Below, one piece after another: positions 57,886 through 64,000 of a DNA stretch of 64,000 nt. The first letter of the stretch is position 1, and each line of letters starts with the position of its first letter. A program made the translations under genes and the position numbers. Source of the DNA: a virus (lineage: Duplodnaviria; Caudoviricetes); IMG/VR virus record IMGVR_UViG_3300047375_000738; one strand, given 5' to 3'. Below the pieces are notes generated by a model. The model was given only the letters and a program-made list of their open reading frames with translations, did no database searches and was not told where the DNA came from.

Positions 57886-58394
57886 ACAAGCCACTGTTCC
57901 CAACTTGGATGTTTTACTTGAATATCCATTAACTTTCGTTTCCTAGCAAGTTCGTAGTATCCTGGCTTGTAAGGCTTGTTGATAGGACTAATGTTTAGCT
58001 TATTGCTCTTTCTACTATTACAAGGACCACATGCACAAACACAATTAGTCCAACTTGTTTTACCACCATGACTGATAGGAAGTACATGGTCTACAGTTAG
58101 TTGAGCTTTGGGAAATGGGTTGTTACAATATTGGCAAGTGTATTGGTCACGTAAGTAAAGGTTGTTTTTGCTAAATCTAGGGTTCCTGGTGCGCCGGAGG
58201 AAATCTTTTAGCATTATAACCGCCGGCACTCTCGTTTCCCACCGGGGGCTCCGTACGATCCAATCGTCGTACCAATCTAATACTGTACACTTGTCGTGAT
58301 ACATGTAAAGAATAGCTTCTCGCCATTGTACTGCACTAAGTGGTAGATAACTTACAGGCTGTCCGTCTGCATTAATAACTAAGGTGTCGCTCAT
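57882..58394 (-). CDS. HNH endonuclease
   Basis: RD..TCQYC, TVDHV.P.S.GG...W.N.V.AC..CN..K. Confidence 0.9.
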   Translation of the reverse strand: MSDTLVINADGQPVSYLPLSAVQWREAILYMYHDKCTVLDWYDDWIVRSPRWETRVPAVIMLKDFLRRTRNPRFSKNNLYLRDQYTCQYCNNPFPKAQLTVDHVLPISHGGKTSWTNCVCACGPCNSRKSNKLNISPINKPYKPGYYELARKRKLMDIQVKHPSWEQWLV

Positions 58395-58402
58395 AAAGAT
58401 AT

Positions 58403-58594
58403 TTATGTACTGGTATCTTCGTTGAGGTTAATACAGAGTGCTTGCTGTCCTGCTTTGAAATAACCGGCGCCTTTACCTACTTCGTCACTAAGTGCTTCAC
58501 GTGCATGGAAACATTCTACCATACTAGTATGTACTGTCACTGCTTCAATATAAGGAGTTGTATCATAAAAGTATATAAAAACCAATGCCCACAT
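58403..58594 (-). CDS. hypothetical protein
   Basis: operonic ORF. Confidence 0.6.
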   Translation of the reverse strand: MWALVFIYFYDTTPYIEAVTVHTSMVECFHAREALSDEVGKGAGYFKAGQQALCINLNEDTST

Positions 58595-58959
58595 TACAAT
58601 CCGTCCTTCTCTGTATTTTTAAAGTCTGGTTGCCCGCCTACATAAGGTGCAAAGTCTCTACCGTTTGCTACCATACAAGCATAGCCATCGCCGTATACTT
58701 GTAACATTGTCCAAGTGCCTGTGTCTTGATTTGTAAAGAAGAACATACCTCCTGTAAACGGTTGGTTGCCTTGCATACCAAATTGTAGTCCGGTACCTGT
58801 GAACAGCATCGACTCTCCGTACTTGGCAGGTGTCTTCAACATCTCTGCAAACGGAGCGCAAGGTTGTTTTGTATAAAATGTTTTGGCTTGTTGGTCTTGG
58901 GCACTTACAATTGGAGCGGTTAGGCACAATATAAATGCCAAGGCGATTAATCTTAGCAT
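58594..58959 (-). CDS. secreted hypothetical protein
   Basis: signal peptide; N..TGTWT...C. Confidence 0.7.
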   Translation of the reverse strand: MLRLIALAFILCLTAPIVSAQDQQAKTFYTKQPCAPFAEMLKTPAKYGESMLFTGTGLQFGMQGNQPFTGGMFFFTNQDTGTWTMLQVYGDGYACMVANGRDFAPYVGGQPDFKNTEKDGL

Positions 58960-59021
58960 CTTTCTATCCTTTATGTAGTATTTATTAAGACTACTATACT
59001 ATTTAGGTATTGTCAACCTTT

Positions 59022-59582
59022 TTATACAAAATTAAGTAATAGTTTTGGTGTGCGTCCGCCATTGAAGCCTGCATGCCAAATGAATGGGTCACGCCATTTG
59101 TATACTGTACCAACTGGTTGATTGATATAGTAATCATCTTCTATCATAAAGACGTGACCCATCTCTGGGGGGTTGATGTGGACATGATAGCGTCCTAAAC
59201 CAAAGCTGCGAAGCTCATGCTGATCTATATGCCACGGACAACAGAAGCCTGGCTTGATCATACTTACCCAACAGGCGTTAGCATCTTGTACGCCCATAAA
59301 ATCCATAAGACGTTCCTGCACACTTTGATCAAAGTTTATTCCTGGATAGAACATATACCATTCTGCACTACCACCTTCGCTTACTTTTTTATAGCCAGCT
59401 GCGTCCCAAGTTGATAGAGTAGCTTCTAGATCTTCGGGCTTGGTTACTGTTTCTAGCTCGCCGTCTACATACCCTAGTCCTGTGTGCGGAGCAATTGTAG
59501 CAGGCACTTGTTCAAGCAGGCTTGAACAGAACTCCTGCCAATCTACTGTGTCCATTACACCAATATTAGTTGCTGATTTCAT
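59022..59582 (-). CDS. 2OG-Fe(II)/Asp-beta-hydroxylase-like oxygenase
   Basis: PWHID HxD, distal WHAGFN. Confidence 0.65.
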   Translation of the reverse strand: MKSATNIGVMDTVDWQEFCSSLLEQVPATIAPHTGLGYVDGELETVTKPEDLEATLSTWDAAGYKKVSEGGSAEWYMFYPGINFDQSVQERLMDFMGVQDANACWVSMIKPGFCCPWHIDQHELRSFGLGRYHVHINPPEMGHVFMIEDDYYINQPVGTVYKWRDPFIWHAGFNGGRTPKLLLNFV

Positions 59583-60106
59583 ATATACTGATCAAACATT
59601 GACTTGCTAATGTGATCCATTGATGCTTGCCATACACTACCTGCTTTTGTATCCCATATTAGTCTAGGAGGCAGGTCAGTTACTAGCCATGCTTTGTCTA
59701 CTTTAATTTCTTTCTCAAGCTGCCCAGGTGACCATTGTGTTAATCCTGCACAAATTTTAAAGGCATCTGGACGTTGTTGACTTACAAGTTTTTCAAACAT
59801 CAAATCATCACTAGAGATATTTACACCCTTGTCAAGAAACAGTGTATTAGAACTGACAAAGTCTTCTGTGTGCATCATCATTATACTCATAGGATTTACA
59901 GGTCCACCTATGTGTATTGGATCAATGTTGTTTGGATAGTTGATGCCGTGTTGTTGAAGTAAATCGCTAAGATACTTTCCACTCATTCGATTGATCACTA
60001 GACCTGTTGCACCTGCAGGTGTTTCTTCAAATATAAAAACTACTGTGTTGTTAAAGAATCCTTTGAGAGTAGGTGATGATACTAGGAACTTTCCTGTGCG
60101 TTTCAA
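59579..60106 (-). CDS. YqgE/AlgH family protein
   Basis: FLVS.P, F..TVV, GA.GLVINR, GGPV, G...WSPGQLE.E....W. Confidence 0.88.
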   Translation of the reverse strand: MKRTGKFLVSSPTLKGFFNNTVVFIFEETPAGATGLVINRMSGKYLSDLLQQHGINYPNNIDPIHIGGPVNPMSIMMMHTEDFVSSNTLFLDKGVNISSDDLMFEKLVSQQRPDAFKICAGLTQWSPGQLEKEIKVDKAWLVTDLPPRLIWDTKAGSVWQASMDHISKSMFDQYI

Positions 60107-60115
60107 TGTAGACTC

Positions 60116-60361
60116 CTATGAATAGTCTGGTAATGGACCGCCGTGTGCTGCACCTTTAACCTTGCCTTTGATTTTCCTGCGTTTCTTACTGCCGCCGTAA
60201 CGTGCTTTTACTTTACTATCTCGACCACGCAAACCTTGACTCTTGCAACTGCTCAACGCACTAGCACCAATAGCACTATCAGGTTTTGAGCTTTTGCATA
60301 GTTCTTTGCTGGCTTTCCATTCAGCAAGTTCTTCGTCTTCTAATAGGTGTTCAATCTTCAT
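60116..60361 (-). CDS. small basic putative virion protein
   Basis: LLE leader; SCKSQGLR.R; TAAATA-4-ATG. Confidence 0.65.
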   Translation of the reverse strand: MKIEHLLEDEELAEWKASKELCKSSKPDSAIGASALSSCKSQGLRGRDSKVKARYGGSKKRRKIKGKVKGAAHGGPLPDYS

Positions 60362-60368
60362 ACTGTAT

Positions 60369-60554
60369 TTATATTTCTTTGGTAGGTATACTAAAGGTCA
60401 AGGCTTTTCGTTTTCCTTTGGTAGTTCCTAAACTAATCTCACCTGTTCTTTCAAAATATTCTATCTTTGTAATTTGTGCCGGTTCTCTGTTTTTACCGAC
60501 TAATATGGTTTGACCTACTTCTAAGTCAACTGTAAGTTTTGTAAGATTACTCAT
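60369..60554 (-). CDS. hypothetical protein
   Basis: AGGAG SD. Confidence 0.65.
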   Translation of the reverse strand: MSNLTKLTVDLEVGQTILVGKNREPAQITKIEYFERTGEISLGTTKGKRKALTFSIPTKEI

Positions 60555-60578
60555 TGGAAACTCCTTATTGAATAATAT

Positions 60579-61631
60579 TTACCAGCCTATATTTGGGTAG
60601 TCTTCCAAAAGCTGTTGTGCTTGCCCACGTGCTTTAAAAACTGTTTGTCTCATAAGTTCTGCTGCTGGCATCCATTGATATCCATCTTTGTGCAGTAGAT
60701 CAGGTAGCGGAGTTAGTGCTATCTTTTTGAGTAATTCTAGTCTGTTTCTTTCTACTGTGGGTTTAAAACTATTGTACACTTCTACAGGGTCATTGTCAAG
60801 CAGGTTTTTAACATTATCTACAACACCACGTACTCTATCCATTGTAAATGGCAGTGCATCAAATGCATAGTCTATATGCGGCAATAGTTCATAGCCCTGT
60901 GAACTATACAATTCATGCAGTCCTGCGCCTCCAACACCTATCCACGGCCTAGCCCAAATAGTATTACTCCAGGTCTTTTCTGTTAGGTTAGCATACTTTA
61001 TAATAGTTTCTGTGGTTATGTTAAAGGCTGCGTTTGCCCAATAGTCTAGTGGCGGCGGCGGGTTGTTGCACATCTCTGGTACTAGATCCATGTCCAAGTC
61101 TGCACTGGGTAGCCATCCTAGTACATTCTCTTGCCAAGTATCTCCGCCTGGTGGTTGAGGATCCGCATAGTCTTTCCATTCTGCTGTTCTATCCTGTGTG
61201 TAGCTAACAGTGCCGTGAGCAAACCTGTCCATGCTCCACAATGCTTTTACCAACTGTGTTCTATGTGGCTTTGCTATTCTATTCTGACTGTGATAGTGTA
61301 TTTTAGGCTCGCTCAACGGATGAGGAGTTTGATATCCTATATACCAGTCGTATGCACTCCAACTGTGTCTGTAAAACTCTTCAGAGGACATACTAGGATT
61401 TGAGCTGTTGTGCCAGTATTCAAATGTTCTGCTGCGTATTTTGTTGCGCAACTGATCAAGCAAGAATCGTGGCCTATGACGATCTTTACCCACTGCCAGT
61501 TCATATCTCACAAGGTCTTGTGGAGTAGTTGCTTCTTCACCTACATCAAAGTATACAAGTGCTTGACTTGAGTGCAACAAATGTGGATTGGTTGCTAGAT
61601 CTTCTCTAGCGGCGACTGTTGCGAATTGCAT
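60579..61631 (-). CDS. conserved phage protein, possible glycosyltransferase-like fold
   Basis: FNITTET...LTEKTW....ARP; paralog of neighbour. Confidence 0.55.
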   Translation of the reverse strand: MQFATVAAREDLATNPHLLHSSQALVYFDVGEEATTPQDLVRYELAVGKDRHRPRFLLDQLRNKIRSRTFEYWHNSSNPSMSSEEFYRHSWSAYDWYIGYQTPHPLSEPKIHYHSQNRIAKPHRTQLVKALWSMDRFAHGTVSYTQDRTAEWKDYADPQPPGGDTWQENVLGWLPSADLDMDLVPEMCNNPPPPLDYWANAAFNITTETIIKYANLTEKTWSNTIWARPWIGVGGAGLHELYSSQGYELLPHIDYAFDALPFTMDRVRGVVDNVKNLLDNDPVEVYNSFKPTVERNRLELLKKIALTPLPDLLHKDGYQWMPAAELMRQTVFKARGQAQQLLEDYPNIGW

Positions 61632-62607
61632 ACCAAACTCCTATAAGATGTTCTCGCATGCCTGCTGCTCCAGGCGAACAGTGTCCAGGTGCTGTCACAA
61701 CCCAAGGCATTCCTTCTTCTAGTACTTGTTCTTGTATTCTACGTTGATTGTGTAGTGCAACTTCTCTGTTGCGTAGTACTAGCTCCTCGGGTGTAAATCG
61801 TTTGCAGAGTTCGGCTACCTGTTGTGCTAGTCTTTCTACTCTGGCTCGTTCATCACGGATACTGTCAAAGCTGTAGTCTATGTCCTCCATAAGACGATAT
61901 CCGTTGTCTATAAGATGTTGATGCACTCCTACAGGTCCGTTGCACAGCACAGGTCTAGCATGCCACATGGGCTGCCATATCTTTTCTGTTACTATGCTGC
62001 CTTCTTTGTTGTGATGTGTTTCTGTTACTAGATTAAAAGCAGTGTCTGCCCACACTCTCACAGGCGGTGAAGGCATGTCCCATACTGCAGGCAACTGCCA
62101 CTGTTCAACTTGATCTAGTTCTATCCAGGGCTTTTCGGTACGATACTGTTTGTGTGTTTTTCGCTGTAGTTGATTTAGAATACCTGGATCCATTGGAGGT
62201 TCTCTATCTCCCCAACTGATCCTGCCACACTCAAACGCTCCGTTGCTTGCCAATGCTTGTATTAGATATGCTCTGTGTGGACGCATAGTAAGATTCATAC
62301 ACACATAGTGATGTGTAGGTGTTGCCTCAGGTACAGTTTTACTGGTATAGGCCAACATTTTATCAAATCCCTGCCAAATCTGCACTTGAGGTATTGGACT
62401 ATAACAACTGTGTATCTTCAGCCTTCCATCTTGCCAAAGCTGTCTAGCATCTCTAGCAACACTTGGATAAAATCCCTTGCTCCACTCCATCCAGTTGTTG
62501 CAGTTCTCTTGCCAGCCAAACACATGCAGCTCTTCACAGTCGGTGCTGTACCAAAGTTTGGCACTGTTTGAATAGAGTTCTTGGTACTTGATGAAGTAGG
62601 TGTGCAT
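61606..62607 (-). CDS. conserved phage protein, possible glycosyltransferase-like fold
   Basis: FNLVTET...VTEKIW.P...RP; start MHTYF fits TAAATA-5-ATG. Confidence 0.55.
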   Translation of the reverse strand: MHTYFIKYQELYSNSAKLWYSTDCEELHVFGWQENCNNWMEWSKGFYPSVARDARQLWQDGRLKIHSCYSPIPQVQIWQGFDKMLAYTSKTVPEATPTHHYVCMNLTMRPHRAYLIQALASNGAFECGRISWGDREPPMDPGILNQLQRKTHKQYRTEKPWIELDQVEQWQLPAVWDMPSPPVRVWADTAFNLVTETHHNKEGSIVTEKIWQPMWHARPVLCNGPVGVHQHLIDNGYRLMEDIDYSFDSIRDERARVERLAQQVAELCKRFTPEELVLRNREVALHNQRRIQEQVLEEGMPWVVTAPGHCSPGAAGMREHLIGVWYAIRNSRR

Positions 62608-62645
62608 ACACATATTTATATGCGTAGTTAACGATAAATAGTGTT

Positions 62646-63044
62646 ATGAGCAACATCTACACCAAACAGCTAGAACTCTCAGAAGGTCCTTGGCGTATAC
62701 AAAATCAACACAGACTAACCATAGTAGATCCACTGGACAGAACTATTGCTGTGGTCAAAGACAATAGAGCAATTCCTGTAGAACAAAGACTGGCCAATGC
62801 ACACTGTATAGCAGCCGCTCCTGAACTACTGGCTGCACTCAAAGAAGCCACATTCTTACTGCACAACACTGGAGTAAACACCAACGGTGCTATAGTTGAT
62901 CTTCTCTTGAGAGCCGCTCCAGACGATACTCAAATTCGTGAGTGGGCAAACCAAGTACCCTCTGGCAAAGACGCACGACTTCAAAAACTTCGCGACGGTT
63001 CTCTCCTAGCACACGAGTCGAATCCAACTCCGCCCAAGCCCTAA
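62646..63044 (+). CDS. hypothetical phage protein
   Basis: ANA..IAAAPELL.AL phage motif; TAAATA-5-ATG. Confidence 0.7.
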   Translation: MSNIYTKQLELSEGPWRIQNQHRLTIVDPLDRTIAVVKDNRAIPVEQRLANAHCIAAAPELLAALKEATFLLHNTGVNTNGAIVDLLLRAAPDDTQIREWANQVPSGKDARLQKLRDGSLLAHESNPTPPKP

Positions 63045-63537
63045 GTCTTTCTAGTATGCTCGCACTATCCCTTCTCCGCCACTGAGGAGCTATAGTCAAT
63101 CCACTTATAGGATCTACACTAGGATCAATCAACCAAGCTACACAAGTTTCTACACTACGTGAAGGCCATACCCAACTACTCGATCCAATCACAGTACGTG
63201 AAGTGTCCGATCTAGCAACAGGCCACCAAGTGGTTTCGCGCAAAAATTTTGGTGTATCTCCTGTATAACCTATATAGTCTGCGCCCATAGTGGTACAGGT
63301 TTTAGTATAGAGTTCGTATACAGCTTCACTAAAGTCTGAGTTTATCCACACACTGATAGTATCCGTACTAGGTTCCAAGTCCAACATTGCCCTACACAAT
63401 AGTCTAGGAGATAGTATATTGTGGTTGGTGCTAAACTTAGGCTTATCCACTACTATAGTCACAGGTACACCTAGTCGTAAACTTCTATCTTTGTGGTGTA
63501 TGATGTGTCCACGAGGTTCTGGTGTTTCAAACTGCAT
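62890..63537 (-). CDS. hypothetical protein
   Basis: 215-aa ORF with TAAATA-4-ATG start. Confidence 0.5.
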   Translation of the reverse strand: MQFETPEPRGHIIHHKDRSLRLGVPVTIVVDKPKFSTNHNILSPRLLCRAMLDLEPSTDTISVWINSDFSEAVYELYTKTCTTMGADYIGYTGDTPKFLRETTWWPVARSDTSRTVIGSSSWVWPSRSVETCVAWLIDPSVDPISGLTIAPQWRRRDSASILERLRAWAELDSTRVLGENRREVFEVVRLCQRVLGLPTHEFEYRLERLSREDQL

Positions 63538-63562
63538 ATACTATTTAATATACTATACGTAT

Positions 63563-63613
63563 AGGCCCCGCTGTTAGTGAAGCACATATTAGTATAAAAG
63601 GCCCCGCTGTTAG
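63563..63613. repeat. 15-bp direct repeat AGGCCCCGCTGTTAG x2
   Basis: copies at 63563-63577 and 63599-63613. Confidence 0.85.
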
Positions 63614-63720
63614 CATCTAAGATATTTGTGAAGAGTGCCGTTGACTATTGTGATGGACTTGGACAATTTTATTTCACCAATTCTCTACTCTCCAACAGCC
63701 AACGACAAACATATTTATCC

Positions 63721-63882
63721 TAGTATAGACTATAGTATAGTCGAGAACAATAGTCAAGAAGATAGTCGAGTAGAGTTCTCACACTGTGTGTATAGTATAG
63801 TATAGAGTTTGAACTGTAGTGTATACGCATCGAGTATAGTTGAGAGAGACTATAGTAGTAGGTTAGAGTCACAGTGTACACT
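63721..63882. repeat. TATAG-rich low-complexity tract with short palindromes
   Basis: about 8 TATAG copies; GACTATA-G-TATAGTC, CACAC-T-GTGTG, AGTGTACACT. Confidence 0.7.
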
Positions 63883-64000
63883 CGTGGATTTATTGGCAAA
63901 AGTATTTGAACTATGCCTCCTTCTACCTTGGTCAATGGTTTAAAATACTCTAGTAAATCGTTGAAAAACTTAGAGAATATCACTGTGACCGTGTCATACG

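Noticed and set aside
63720-63983. 87-aa ORF in track
   Set aside because: Tyr/Leu-rich product of the low-complexity TATAG tract; no convincing start
1-64000. tRNA genes, stop-codon reassignment, CTAG over-representation
   Set aside because: No tRNA cloverleaf noticed apart from the tmRNA; known genes are intact in code 11; CTAG bias is only an impression and needs a k-mer count

Overview
This 64 kb window looks like part of a large lytic dsDNA phage genome (myovirus/jumbo type) and is mostly coded on the minus strand. It contains nrdA/nrdB/glutaredoxin, a PAAR protein, tail-fibre and head-associated genes, sigma70 promoters (TTGACA-17-TATAAY) and T4-late-like TAAATA promoters. Host-derived genes point to a marine alphaproteobacterial host, probably Rhodobacteraceae (inference): permuted two-piece tmRNA, ALA synthase, porin, pseudoazurin, aa3 oxidase subunit IV and DUF1127 proteins. 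Highlights: (1) a cell-surface module with csgF, csgG, two curlin-repeat proteins, a FecR protein, a small beta-barrel, an autotransporter and a CHASE2 class III nucleotide cyclase; (2) a probable programmed -1 frameshift (A_AAA_AAG) joining two head-region ORFs; (3) at least 13 genes with ATG 4-7 nt after TAAATA, suggesting a leaderless late regulon, alongside phage IF-1, bS21 and tmRNA; (4) ALA synthase plus heme oxygenase plus a PcyA/PcyX-type bilin reductase; (5) small genes missed by the ORF track, including a metallothionein-like peptide. All protein calls come from recognising motifs by eye; no database search was run.
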